A stretch of 30,755 nucleotides of DNA. It comes from a virus. Lineage: Duplodnaviria; Caudoviricetes. A program made the translations under genes and the position numbers. Each line of letters opens with the position of its first letter. The first letter of the stretch is position 1. The stretch is from the IMG/VR virus record IMGVR_UViG_3300011337_000203, positions 1 to 30,755 of that record. One strand, given 5' to 3'. Shown here in pieces: positions 9,071 through 18,252 of the stretch. Under the pieces are notes generated by a model. That model saw only the letters and a list, made by a program, of their open reading frames with translations. It had not been told where the DNA came from and did not search any database.

Positions 9071-10372
9071 TTATTTTTTTAATATTTCGTATTCTTGTTT
9101 AAAGAAAGTTGGTTTAACAAATTTTTCCATTGTTACATCTGAATCAATAATTACATTTTCTTCTGTTGTTTCATCACCACTATCATCAGTTGTTGCTGGA
9201 TTTTCCATTGCTTTATTTGTATCATCTTCAACCTGCGCTACTGTTTTACCTTGCTCTTCTGCTTGCTGTGATAGAATTACCAATGGAGTTAATTGTTCAA
9301 AGTATAATTGAGTATCATCATATCCACCTATACTTAACACATAATCCAAAGAATTTAGGATAAGGTTTTGGAATGGAGCTATAGTCATTGTTTGTAAAAT
9401 ACTGAATGCTGTTTTCATTTCTTCTGATTGAGAACTGAAACCATTGTTCTGTGTTCTGATACCAAATAAAAGTGGTGATGTTACTCTATGTGCTACTAAG
9501 ATTCTATCTTGAACATATTCTGCAACGTACTGATGTTTCTCATGTAAGTTAGGAATATCAATTGTATCGATTGTAGGTTTGTTTGCCGGGTCATCATTAA
9601 AAGATAACATAAATCTACCAGCGTTGTCTGTACCTGTAAATTTAGCGTGTACTAGGTCTTCTATCGTTTGTCTTTCTTCAGGTGCTGGAACTCCACTATT
9701 AAAGTTTAACATTACTGCCGGTAAGAAACCATTTGTAATATTCTGATAATGTAAGTTACTGATTTCACCTTCACTTAAACTAAATTGTAATGCCGATACC
9801 CAATCAGGTAAAGAATAGTAATACAAACCTGGCTGATAGTTCTTAATGTAAAGTATTTCAAACTTTTCATTAGATGTACCGAATGCAGGTATCTTCTTTT
9901 TATTTTTTACTGCTCTTTGGTCGAACCAATCTGTACAATAAAAATAATTTTGTATTTTAGGTTCACCATATAGTTTCTCTGCTCTTAAATTCTGAATAGG
10001 AATATGAAATAATTTTACAATCTTAGTATGGTCTGCGTTCCAATATACCTGAAATGCTGCGTTACCAAATAACTTCAAATCAAATGCTACTCTCTTTGTT
10101 TCCTCTTGTGGTAATAACTTTTGAAGGGTTTCATTAAAGATTTCATTCTTAGAATAAATTCCTTTACCAAATATTAAATCTGATAATCCTTCTACACACG
10201 CTGCATTAGTTGTACTAACGTTATATGCTGATGTTACTGCTGAAAAGAAATCATCATTACCATACACACCAAATGGTACATAAGGATGACGAGTTTTCGT
10301 ATCCTCAATTATCACCGGTAACATATTGTTTTGTGGATTGTTTACTATACTAAATTGTGTTGTTTGCTTCAT
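9071..10372 (-). CDS. Portal protein
   Basis: AFDLKLFGNAAFQV, YYSLPDW, NGFLP and KFTGTDNAGRFMLSF motifs; 433 aa. Confidence 0.88.
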   Translation of the reverse strand: MKQTTQFSIVNNPQNNMLPVIIEDTKTRHPYVPFGVYGNDDFFSAVTSAYNVSTTNAACVEGLSDLIFGKGIYSKNEIFNETLQKLLPQEETKRVAFDLKLFGNAAFQVYWNADHTKIVKLFHIPIQNLRAEKLYGEPKIQNYFYCTDWFDQRAVKNKKKIPAFGTSNEKFEILYIKNYQPGLYYYSLPDWVSALQFSLSEGEISNLHYQNITNGFLPAVMLNFNSGVPAPEERQTIEDLVHAKFTGTDNAGRFMLSFNDDPANKPTIDTIDIPNLHEKHQYVAEYVQDRILVAHRVTSPLLFGIRTQNNGFSSQSEEMKTAFSILQTMTIAPFQNLILNSLDYVLSIGGYDDTQLYFEQLTPLVILSQQAEEQGKTVAQVEDDTNKAMENPATTDDSGDETTEENVIIDSDVTMEKFVKPTFFKQEYEILKK

Positions 10373-10373
10373 A

Positions 10374-10733
10374 TTAGTTCATGATTATATATTCATTAGT
10401 ACTCTCATTTGAGATATACTGAGTATTTTGTGTTTTATATACTGCCTTATCAACTGATTGTGATTGATATACTTGCAAAGAACCATGCCATATTGGTTCA
10501 CTACTACCTGAGTTTAATACCTTTACTCTAAATTCTTGTCCTGTATATGCCCCACTTATACTTGCAGTAAATGCTAATAAGTTTTCATAAGAAGTAAATG
10601 ATGCACTAACTAAACTTGCTGTTGAATTAGTTTGTGTTATCATATCTTGTAAAGACATTGTAAATTGATTAGAAGAAGTATTTTCTGTTCTAATCGTAAA
10701 AGAATTTGTATTATCTAGGTAATAGCTCAGCAT
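10374..10733 (-). CDS. Small virion protein (possible head closure/collar)
   Basis: Beta-rich 119 aa ending in NEYII, immediately upstream of the portal. The function is inferred from position only. Confidence 0.5.
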   Translation of the reverse strand: MLSYYLDNTNSFTIRTENTSSNQFTMSLQDMITQTNSTASLVSASFTSYENLLAFTASISGAYTGQEFRVKVLNSGSSEPIWHGSLQVYQSQSVDKAVYKTQNTQYISNESTNEYIIMN

Positions 10734-10753
10734 TTGGTATGATTTATCTCTAA

Positions 10754-10781
10754 TTTAACAAATATCAGATTAAAAGTAGTT
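10754..10781 (-). promoter_or_regulatory. Candidate phage late promoter (AACTAC-N14-TTGTTAAA)
   Basis: Shared bipartite motif 20 nt upstream of the ATG at 10733. Confidence 0.6.
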
Positions 10782-10799
10782 GGACAATAATATCGCTCT

Positions 10800-10955
10800 G
10801 TATTTCTAATTAGGAAGTTTTATTTAAAACATTAAGTAGATATCTAAGTATGTAAGTACTTGATTCCTATTCTGTACTTAAACATCTACATTAATATTTT
10901 TATTTATAATTAAAATTTATTTTTAGTGTTTATTATTTATCTGCTTTCTTTCTTA
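10800..10955 (-). ncRNA. Candidate structured non-coding RNA or origin element
   Basis: Inverted repeat 10831-10850/10875-10895 whose two mismatches are G-U pairs on the minus strand. Several short palindromes, no substantial ORF, and a promoter-like element upstream. Confidence 0.4.
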
Positions 10956-10957
10956 TT

Positions 10958-10989
10958 AGAAGTTACAACATATTTTCCACATTTCCAAA
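10958..10989 (-). promoter_or_regulatory. Bacteroidota sigmaA-like promoter (TTTG-N20-TAACTTCT)
   Basis: Exact -33 TTTG and 20-nt spacer, with an imperfect -7 box. Confidence 0.5.
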
Positions 10990-11003
10990 TATATTTTAGA
11001 CAT

Positions 11004-11037
11004 AAAAATAGCTACCCCATATAGTGAGTAGCTATTT
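11004..11037 (-). terminator. Intrinsic terminator after the major tail gene
   Basis: AAATAGCTAC...GTAGCTATTT stem ending in a T run on the minus strand. Confidence 0.75.
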
Positions 11038-11062
11038 AATATTTTCAATGCTATATTACTGA

Positions 11063-11629
11063 TTAACTACCGAATACGATAGTTCCACCATTTAATACAC
11101 CCGTTGGAATTGCATTTGTTGTATTTGAACCAGAAATCCAAATTGCTGGGAATTGTTCTTGTCCAGTAAATGTTGCAGAATAACCATAAAGGTCACCCAT
11201 TGCACCACCCGTCTGAATAGTTCCGCCCGTTAAATCTGCACCTTCTTTATATCCAACTAAAAACGCATCTCCGTTCTGAGTCCAAACGATGATTTGAGGT
11301 CTACCCCAAGCCATTAATTTCAACTGAGTTGTCATTTCGTTTGTTAACTTCTTTAAATTCAAAGTTAATTCTTGAGAGAAGAATGTTGTTCCGTTTTCAC
11401 GTGATGTATTAACTGTTTCAGTATAGTTGCTAGTTCCTTTCAATTCATAATAATAAACTGATGAACTTACAGGTAAAGATGTTACATATGGTAAAGCCGC
11501 TGTACTTCCATCTAATGAACCTGAAACGGTGAAACCGCCTGATACATAGTTGATGAAGTAAACACCTGCCAAACCACCGATACTCTCTTTACAAGGTTCG
11601 TTTCTTCCTGCTGATAAATTACAAGCCAT
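11063..11629 (-). CDS. Major tail (tube) protein
   Basis: MAC...GR.EPCK.S.GG start, SRENGTTFFSQELTL and GDLYGYSATFTGQE motifs; follows the capsid gene. Confidence 0.78.
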   Translation of the reverse strand: MACNLSAGRNEPCKESIGGLAGVYFINYVSGGFTVSGSLDGSTAALPYVTSLPVSSSVYYYELKGTSNYTETVNTSRENGTTFFSQELTLNLKKLTNEMTTQLKLMAWGRPQIIVWTQNGDAFLVGYKEGADLTGGTIQTGGAMGDLYGYSATFTGQEQFPAIWISGSNTTNAIPTGVLNGGTIVFGS

Positions 11630-11652
11630 AATGATAAGTTTTTTGTTTTATT

Positions 11653-11692
11653 AAAAGGGTGAGTTTCTGTTCTACGATACTCCCCACCCCTT
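11653..11692 (-). terminator. Bulged GC-rich hairpin between capsid and tail tube genes (possible leaky terminator)
   Basis: Minus strand reads GGGGTGGGGAGT...ACTCACCCTTTT. Confidence 0.5.
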
Positions 11693-11707
11693 AATTAGTT
11701 GTTTAAA

Positions 11708-12643
11708 TTAGTTCTTGTGGTAAGCGATATCACTAGCTACACCGATTTGTGTACCAGCTGTATATCTCATAATCACTCTAAAGTTTTGAGAACCGTCTAA
11801 ATCTGCCATATCTAATACTTTTACAGTATTATAATCAGATAATAAACCAGTACCAAAGAATAGATTTGATTTTTGAGCCGCTACCATTGCAGATGAAGGT
11901 AAACCAGGACAAAACGCGATTTCGATACCATTAAAGTTAAGTGGTTTTTCACCTACGTTTAATTGGTTCATGTATCCGTTTGCACCTTGTGCACCACCAG
12001 CTAATGCTTGTTGGTAAGCTTTGATTACGTTTGTTGGAGCGTAAATCATTAAATCTTCTTTACCGTATACTGTGTTAGGGATTGCATTTACTAATGCATC
12101 TAAATCAGATAATACGTTTGTTGAATCAATCGCACCACTTGCAGATGAACTAATAGCTGCTGAACCAGTGATAGCTCTGTAAAGACCACCGAACTGACCG
12201 TTTGCACTATTATCACCATTCCAAATAGAGATTTCAGTTGCTTGCGCTACTACACCACCTACATAAGAAATTAAGTAATCTGTGAAGTTTGCAGGAATAG
12301 TATCAAATGCACTATATCCTAATTGCAATGCTTCCCAAGAATCTACGAACTCTTGCTTACATAAGCTCAAGTTAACTTGTAATTCTTTTGGAGTAATTAC
12401 AGCTTCTGTTAATGCAACTGAACCTGAAGTTGTGAAGTCACAAGATGCATCATTTACGATGTTTGCAACTGCTAATTTTTGGATAACTTGCTTATACTTT
12501 ACGTTAGGTAAAATAGTAATGTACTTGTTATCCAAAGTTTTTGCTGATAACAACGCTGCTGCGATGTATTGACCAGCGAACTCACCTGCATACGTTGAAG
12601 TAATATTAGGTTGTCCTGTTGTGAAATTTTGAATTTTTTTCAT
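11708..12643 (-). CDS. Major capsid protein
   Basis: TYAGEFAG.YI.AALLS, PKELQVNLSLCK, SNLFFGTGLLSD and DLDGSQNFRVIMR motifs; follows the acidic scaffold. Confidence 0.88.
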   Translation of the reverse strand: MKKIQNFTTGQPNITSTYAGEFAGQYIAAALLSAKTLDNKYITILPNVKYKQVIQKLAVANIVNDASCDFTTSGSVALTEAVITPKELQVNLSLCKQEFVDSWEALQLGYSAFDTIPANFTDYLISYVGGVVAQATEISIWNGDNSANGQFGGLYRAITGSAAISSSASGAIDSTNVLSDLDALVNAIPNTVYGKEDLMIYAPTNVIKAYQQALAGGAQGANGYMNQLNVGEKPLNFNGIEIAFCPGLPSSAMVAAQKSNLFFGTGLLSDYNTVKVLDMADLDGSQNFRVIMRYTAGTQIGVASDIAYHKN

Positions 12644-12669
12644 TCTAAATCTTTTTTTTGTTTATTTAA

Positions 12670-13401
12670 TTATTTGTATAATTTAGCTAAGAAAGAGTTC
12701 TGAGCGTTGTCAGTTTTCTTGCCAAATCTTTTACTGTTTTGTTCTGCTGAGAATTTGAATGCTTCATCAATTGGAGCACCATCTAATTTTGGTAACTCTT
12801 CTTCTTCAACTTCTTTCTCATCTTTTACTTCGATTTCAATTTCTGCCATCTTAGCAATTTTCTTTTCCATCTCTTCGATTCTATATGCCATGTCTTCAAA
12901 TTTCTTTAACATTTCTGGCATACCCATTTCTTCTTTATCGGTATCTGCTGGAATAGGAGATACTTCTTCTGTTTCTGCATCTTCTGAAACTGTTGGTTCA
13001 ACTTCTGCTAACATAGATGATGGTTTTAAATCTTTAACTTGCTCACCTGCACCTTTTGTATCTTTTTTATCATTTACTGCAGTTGGGTCACCCTCTAATG
13101 GTTCAGCTTCTACTTCTTCAGCTTTTAATTCAACATTTTCTCTTTCTACAATCTTACCATCTTCTGTGATAACTTTGATAAGAGTTTCATTTCCTTCTTC
13201 GTCTTTCAACATAAGTTCATGTGTTCCGTTTGGTGCTGGAGTTTTAGTTCCATCTTCTGATATAACGAATAGGTCTTCACCTACATCGAATGTTGCTGAT
13301 TCTACTATTGTTCCGTCAGCTAATTTTGCATATGTTAAAGTTACTTCTGCTTCTAAATTTAAAAGTCTAGCAACTTTACTTAATACTTGTTTTGCGTTCA
13401 T
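12670..13401 (-). CDS. Capsid scaffolding protein
   Basis: Highly acidic, with LADGT.VE...PAP.G.HEL motif and a coiled coil; directly upstream of the capsid gene. Confidence 0.8.
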   Translation of the reverse strand: MNAKQVLSKVARLLNLEAEVTLTYAKLADGTIVESATFDVGEDLFVISEDGTKTPAPNGTHELMLKDEEGNETLIKVITEDGKIVERENVELKAEEVEAEPLEGDPTAVNDKKDTKGAGEQVKDLKPSSMLAEVEPTVSEDAETEEVSPIPADTDKEEMGMPEMLKKFEDMAYRIEEMEKKIAKMAEIEIEVKDEKEVEEEELPKLDGAPIDEAFKFSAEQNSKRFGKKTDNAQNSFLAKLYK

Positions 13402-13419
13402 ATTAGTGTATTTTAGTTA

Positions 13420-13447
13420 TTTAACAAATTGGGTTATAATTGTTGTT
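13420..13447 (-). promoter_or_regulatory. Candidate phage late promoter (AACAAC-N14-TTGTTAAA)
   Basis: Shared motif upstream of the scaffold-capsid operon. Confidence 0.62.
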
Positions 13448-13453
13448 ATTTTT

Positions 13454-13645
13454 TTAATTTAATCTATTTTCTAATTTAACGAATTGGTTATAATTATCTA
13501 CCAAATCCTTGTTTATACTGTGCAAATACTCAATGTACTGATATAGAGTATAGTTTTCGGCTCTTAAATCACTATTTTCATCTTCTGCTAATTCTAGCAT
13601 TACTTCTAATAATATGTTATCCGTATTGTGCGTAGACATTTTCAT
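13454..13645 (-). CDS. Small coiled-coil hypothetical protein
   Basis: Co-oriented, fills the gap and has a heptad-like pattern. Confidence 0.55.
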   Translation of the reverse strand: MKMSTHNTDNILLEVMLELAEDENSDLRAENYTLYQYIEYLHSINKDLVDNYNQFVKLENRLN

Positions 13646-14270
13646 ATGGATTATTTATATCGTATGTAATATATCTAATAGGTCTTACTTCAAACCTAGT
13701 ATCTTTTCCTATTGGAGAACCTCCTAAACCAGGTGCACCTCCACAATTCGAAGTACCTCCTATTTGTACATTAAATGCCATTGCTCTACGTGCTTCCGAT
13801 GATACCGCTTGAGTTGATGTCCAAGTATTTCTATTATTAATACTATCCCAATTACCTTTATTAAGATTACCTGCATAGTATTGTATACAAACTTCGTTAT
13901 ATTCATCTTGCGATGGTAATACCCAATCATTAAATCCAGCAGCAGAATATGTATCGGCTACTTGAGCTGCATATGTATTTCCACTACCAAAATAATCTAT
14001 TATATATTGTGTATTAGTTCCACCTGTTCCTATTGCACTACCTGTTGCTCCTGGTACGAGAGTATTAGTTGCACCCCAAAAATATCCTAAACCAGCTCCA
14101 TCTATTGTTGGTATAAAATCTGTTGATACAACAAATCCTATTTGATTAGGAAATACCGATGCAGAACTAGTTCCGATAGGACCTAAATATGCAATTATAC
14201 CACCTTGATAATAATCACCTATTCTTAATGGAGAAGGTCCTAAAAATTGTGCTGTTGGTATTATATTCAT
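13617..14270 (-). CDS. DUF1566/Lcl-like (C-type-lectin-fold) fibre tip protein
   Basis: IGDYYQGGII, GFNDWVLPSQDE, WTST and VRPIR motifs; directly follows a fibre gene. Confidence 0.7.
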   Translation of the reverse strand: MNIIPTAQFLGPSPLRIGDYYQGGIIAYLGPIGTSSASVFPNQIGFVVSTDFIPTIDGAGLGYFWGATNTLVPGATGSAIGTGGTNTQYIIDYFGSGNTYAAQVADTYSAAGFNDWVLPSQDEYNEVCIQYYAGNLNKGNWDSINNRNTWTSTQAVSSEARRAMAFNVQIGGTSNCGGAPGLGGSPIGKDTRFEVRPIRYITYDINNPYENVYAQYG

Positions 14271-14271
14271 C

Positions 14272-15789
14272 CTATACTAAATTTTTAATTGCAGAAGTAT
14301 ATAAAGAACCAGTATCAAATGTCATAAATGTAAATAAATCTACACAACTAGCTACTGCACTACCCGTATTGTATTGTGCACTTCCACTCCAAAATTTAAA
14401 TGGAGTATCAAATCTAACACTACCAGTCGTTGATTGTTGCGTTAATCTAACACCAACTGTTTGACCTTCTTTAATATTAGTTGCTCTAATTAAAGTTATA
14501 GAAGAAGATGGGATAGTTAGTGTAAAGAAATTTCCTTTACTCATATCAATAGATGCGGTATTAGATGCCGGAGTTATTACTACTACATTTGAATTAGATG
14601 AACCCGTTATTGAAATAGAACCCGTTAATGTAAGATTTCCTACTAATGTTTGATTAGTTGCATTTTTACTTATGTAATTACTACTAACACTTGCTGATAA
14701 TGCCGTACTTGCACTTGCTGCACTCGCACTATACGCTGATGCACTTTGGAATGAACCCCATGCACTTGCTGATGCCTGTGTTATGTTTACACTCTGAGTT
14801 GTATCGGTAAAATATAAAGATTGTGAAAGTAATGTTACGTTATTACTTTGTGTTGCATCTGTTAAATAAATAGATGAACTTAATGTATTAATAGAATCAT
14901 TAAGAGATTTTGATACTGAACTTAATGATGAACTAAATGAATTACTTACAAATAAACTTTGAGAGAATGCACTCGCACTATAAGAATTAAAAGATGATGT
15001 ACTTAATTTTGCTAAGTTTAATGATACGCTTACGGCTGATAATTCCACATCAGTTGCGTATGTTTGTTCTAATGAAGAACTAAATGCTTCTAAACTATCT
15101 AATCTACTATCTACACTCGCACTAAATGCAGGGAATGTAGAACCTGAGTTAAGTCCGTTTACTACTGATTGTGAGAAATCATTAAAGTTTTCACCATCTA
15201 TAATTAAAATATCAGTAATTAATGAGCCACTTACTCTCGTAATAGTATTTATATTTCTACCTAATACACTATTATCCGTAATGTTTAATTTTGAACCTGT
15301 TATATTTCCTGCTACTACAATTGAACCTGTAAACGAACCCTTACCAACTACATTCAAATCTTCACCAATATAAACTTGTTGTTCAAATCTATTATCTTGC
15401 TCAAAAACATTTACATCAGCTACATATGCAACTTTAACTTCTAAAAAATCTATTCTTGCATTCGTACTTGCAGTATATGCAATGAAAGAAGATGAATTTA
15501 ATTTCTGATTTATTGTTGTAGTTAGAGATGCTGAAAGGGATGCTGTTGCTGCATTCAAAGAGCCCGATGTAATAAAGTTTGTGTTAAGTGATTGTGTGTA
15601 TGCATTTAATCCTACTAATTGTGCACTTACACTACTACTATCTGTATTATATCCAGTCTGATTAACTGTACTATCAATGATGTTAGTATTAAAAGTTCTT
15701 AATAATGTAGGTGATATATATCCTGTTGTATTATTAGGAAATGATGTCTGATTTTCTACACCTAATTGTTGTTTACTTAATGATGACAT
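14272..15789 (-). CDS. Second fibre protein (Ser-rich coiled coil with C-terminal beta domain)
   Basis: SSF.AYT/SASVDSRL repeats and C-terminal IDMSKGNFFTLT...GQTV...VDLFTF domain. Confidence 0.75.
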   Translation of the reverse strand: MSSLSKQQLGVENQTSFPNNTTGYISPTLLRTFNTNIIDSTVNQTGYNTDSSSVSAQLVGLNAYTQSLNTNFITSGSLNAATASLSASLTTTINQKLNSSSFIAYTASTNARIDFLEVKVAYVADVNVFEQDNRFEQQVYIGEDLNVVGKGSFTGSIVVAGNITGSKLNITDNSVLGRNINTITRVSGSLITDILIIDGENFNDFSQSVVNGLNSGSTFPAFSASVDSRLDSLEAFSSSLEQTYATDVELSAVSVSLNLAKLSTSSFNSYSASAFSQSLFVSNSFSSSLSSVSKSLNDSINTLSSSIYLTDATQSNNVTLLSQSLYFTDTTQSVNITQASASAWGSFQSASAYSASAASASTALSASVSSNYISKNATNQTLVGNLTLTGSISITGSSNSNVVVITPASNTASIDMSKGNFFTLTIPSSSITLIRATNIKEGQTVGVRLTQQSTTGSVRFDTPFKFWSGSAQYNTGSAVASCVDLFTFMTFDTGSLYTSAIKNLV

Positions 15790-15802
15790 ATTTTATTTCT
15801 AT

Positions 15803-16087
15803 TTATGGTTGTGGTTGTGTTGCTTCTGTATCGTAGCCTGTATCGTATCCATCATCGAATGCTCCGAATATAGTTGGAGGAGATTGTATCTGACCTATAC
15901 CTTGCTCTAATAATGCACCATTACAACACTTTCTACTATATGTGTTGGTATTGATACATAAACAAGCCATTCTGCTATTCTTAGGAGAACTTAATCCTTG
16001 CGTAGGTCCAATATATATACCGCTGTTATTTTCTCTATTAACAGAGTATCTTAAATTACCGCTTCTACTATTACTCCAAATACCCAT
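15803..16087 (-). CDS. Small Cys-rich virion-associated protein with FDDGYDTGYD tail
   Basis: SSPK...ACLC...TYSRKCCNG.L..QGIG motif, with its own promoter-like element upstream. Confidence 0.7.
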   Translation of the reverse strand: MGIWSNSRSGNLRYSVNRENNSGIYIGPTQGLSSPKNSRMACLCINTNTYSRKCCNGALLEQGIGQIQSPPTIFGAFDDGYDTGYDTEATQPQP

Positions 16088-16103
16088 TGTGATGTTTTAT
16101 ATC

Positions 16104-16131
16104 TTTAACAATTAATCAATCGTTTATTATC
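16104..16131 (-). promoter_or_regulatory. Candidate late promoter (GATAAT-N14-TTGTTAAA)
   Basis: The proximal box is exact and the distal box is degenerate. Confidence 0.5.
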
Positions 16132-16893
16132 AACCATTCTTTTTTAGGGCTTCTTTGTGTAACATATCTTGCAATGCCTGTTTATCAGCTTTATATGCTA
16201 ATAACATTAAACACTTCTCTAACGGTTCTTCAACGACTCTGTCAATCTCTCCAATGTTTCCGTTGGCAAGTTCAGCGATAGTTGCATAAGAGCTCCACTT
16301 CTTTCCAAAATTGATTTGATGTTGTGAGGAAACTCCTCCACCTTCGTATAGTTCAGGATATTTTTCAGTAAGTCGGTTGACAAATGTACAAAAAAAAACA
16401 ATGCACCTAAATGTATATCCATTGTAACTTCTAAAAACTTATCTGAATCTATCTCACCATTATACTTTTGTATTTCGTATGTATCTCTTACTTTATTTGT
16501 TACGGGTCTGTATAAGATAGACATTATCTTTGCCCAATTCTCATCTATTGTTAGTGTTCCGTATTGTGTTAAATCTGCATATGCACCATACGCTATATTA
16601 GATAAGTTAGGTTCGAATCCATACTCTACACCATCTATCCATATTAATCTTTGTAAATCAAATTCTGTTTTACCAATCCATTTACCTAATTCAGAACTAA
16701 TTATATTATAATCTTTCTTACCTAATCCCGCTAATATATCAGTATCAATACCACATAGATACGTTACTAATACTGCTGCCTGTGCATCTACTTCACCTTC
16801 GTAGTTCCTTAATTCTTTTTGTAGTGTTAGATATTTTTTTAATGTAACATCATCATAACCTTGTGGTATACTAATTTCAATTTCTTTTTTCAT
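16130..16893 (-). CDS. Tail assembly chaperone, -1 frameshift product (~254 aa; slip at 16390-16398)
   Basis: T TTT TTT heptamer. The -1 frame is open for 86 codons (CTFVNRLTEKYPELY...NFGKKWSSYATIAELANG...PLEKCLMLLAYKADK...KKNG) and fills the gap to the next promoter. Confidence 0.8.
16219..16893 (-). CDS. Tail assembly chaperone, zero-frame product
   Basis: IPQGYDDVTLKKY, YGFEPNL..I.YG.Y.DL, IMSILYRP and GALFFF motifs. Confidence 0.7.
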   Translation of the reverse strand: MKKEIEISIPQGYDDVTLKKYLTLQKELRNYEGEVDAQAAVLVTYLCGIDTDILAGLGKKDYNIISSELGKWIGKTEFDLQRLIWIDGVEYGFEPNLSNIAYGAYADLTQYGTLTIDENWAKIMSILYRPVTNKVRDTYEIQKYNGEIDSDKFLEVTMDIHLGALFFFVHLSTDLLKNILNYTKVEEFPHNIKSILERSGALMQLSLNLPTETLERLTESLKNR

Positions 16894-17087
16894 TATGCTT
16901 GGTATGTATTGTTTGTAAATGCGTGTGATATAAATAATAATTGCTGTTGTAGTTTCTGAACTTTCTTTTCTTCGTTATCTAACTTTGCTGAGAATGCTAT
17001 ACATCTTGCATTTAATTCTTCATTGATTGTTAATAACTCTCTAACCAATTCTTCCATTTGTTCTATTTCGTAATCTGTGTATTTCAT
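16893..17087 (-). CDS. Small coiled-coil hypothetical protein
   Basis: Tightly packed between its neighbours, with a TAATG overlap to the chaperone gene. Confidence 0.65.
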   Translation of the reverse strand: MKYTDYEIEQMEELVRELLTINEELNARCIAFSAKLDNEEKKVQKLQQQLLFISHAFTNNTYQA

Positions 17088-17088
17088 A

Positions 17089-18252
17089 TTAGTATTTGTA
17101 ATTTCCTATTGTGATTGCGTATTTACCTTTTGCTTTAGCTTTCTCACTTAACTTCATCATACAACAATAACGTGCTGCATCTATTAAGTGGTCCAAACCT
17201 CCTTCAGGATTATCTGTTGTATATCCATGCTTATCCGTTGAGTATTGATAACCATACATCTCATTGATAAGATTCTGACTAGTTTTTAATATCTTTATCT
17301 TATGATTCTGCATTACTGATATACCAAACTTAATACTATCCTTTCCTTTTACTACGGGCTTAATATTAAATCCACTTCTATATATTTCTTCAATCAAACG
17401 TGGTTCTGCACTATCACCCCATATCTCTTCACTCTTTGTTATATCTAACTTCTTTAGCTTCTCTACTATATCCGATGTAACTAATCCTCTTTCATAAATT
17501 AATTCTTCTAAATATAAATCATTACCATTCTTATATACTGCTACTAATGCCGTTGGGTCACTCATTCCAAAATCTATTCCAAATCCTACAAACTCTCCTT
17601 CGTATGATTCAACTATATCAAATTGGAATATTGCTTTATCATTTAGTGCAAATTCACCTTTACCATATATCTGCCATTTCTTTGGTGATGTATGTTCTAA
17701 ATCTTCAATTGCTTTAATAATTTCTTTTTCTAAATAAGGATTATCTCTATATGTTGTTACAAACCTTTCACAATCTTGCATTTGTCTAATCCAATGGTAA
17801 GGAGATATGGTAGGGTTATATGCGAGTATGATACGATTAGTAGTACGGATAGATAACTGAAAATAACTTTCTTCATCCACTTCACTTGCTTCATCAATAA
17901 AAAGAATATCAGATTTAATACCTCTAAGCTTATCCGCATCATCAGTACTAAGAAACTGAATAGAAGAATCATACAACTTATAAACCCTATCAGTAATATT
18001 AAAATGCTCATCTTTCCAAATATTGATTGATTTAAGAATATCTGTGAAATCTTTTATCACAGTTCTTTTAAGTGAGGGAATTGTTTTACGAACTATTGTA
18101 ATTGTTTGTGGTGATTGTAAAGCCTGAACAATAATCCATTGTAGTATTGCGTATGTCTTACCACTTCTCGTTCCGCCAATATGCTGAGTGATTCTACTTC
18201 TTGCATCTAATAAGTGCTCGAATGATATGGTAGTATTAATCTCTAAGTTCAC
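17089..18252 (-). CDS. terL: Terminase large subunit (PBSX-like)
   Basis: Walker A GGTRSGKT, Walker B ILFIDEA, and nuclease motifs GIDFG and DHLIDAARY. Confidence 0.95.
   Translation of the reverse strand: MNLEINTTISFEHLLDARSRITQHIGGTRSGKTYAILQWIIVQALQSPQTITIVRKTIPSLKRTVIKDFTDILKSINIWKDEHFNITDRVYKLYDSSIQFLSTDDADKLRGIKSDILFIDEASEVDEESYFQLSIRTTNRIILAYNPTISPYHWIRQMQDCERFVTTYRDNPYLEKEIIKAIEDLEHTSPKKWQIYGKGEFALNDKAIFQFDIVESYEGEFVGFGIDFGMSDPTALVAVYKNGNDLYLEELIYERGLVTSDIVEKLKKLDITKSEEIWGDSAEPRLIEEIYRSGFNIKPVVKGKDSIKFGISVMQNHKIKILKTSQNLINEMYGYQYSTDKHGYTTDNPEGGLDHLIDAARYCCMMKLSEKAKAKGKYAITIGNYKY

Noticed and set aside
13617-14270. Diversity-generating retroelement, suggested by a C-type-lectin-fold tip protein and a diverged repeat in the window
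   Set aside because: No reverse transcriptase is present, I saw no template repeat matching this gene, and the terminal repeat differences are not adenine-specific.
17757-18011. Nested same-strand ORFs inside terL (17757-18011) and the tape measure (28745-28960)
   Set aside because: They are out-of-frame by-products of constrained or repetitive coding, with no initiation or slippage signal seen.
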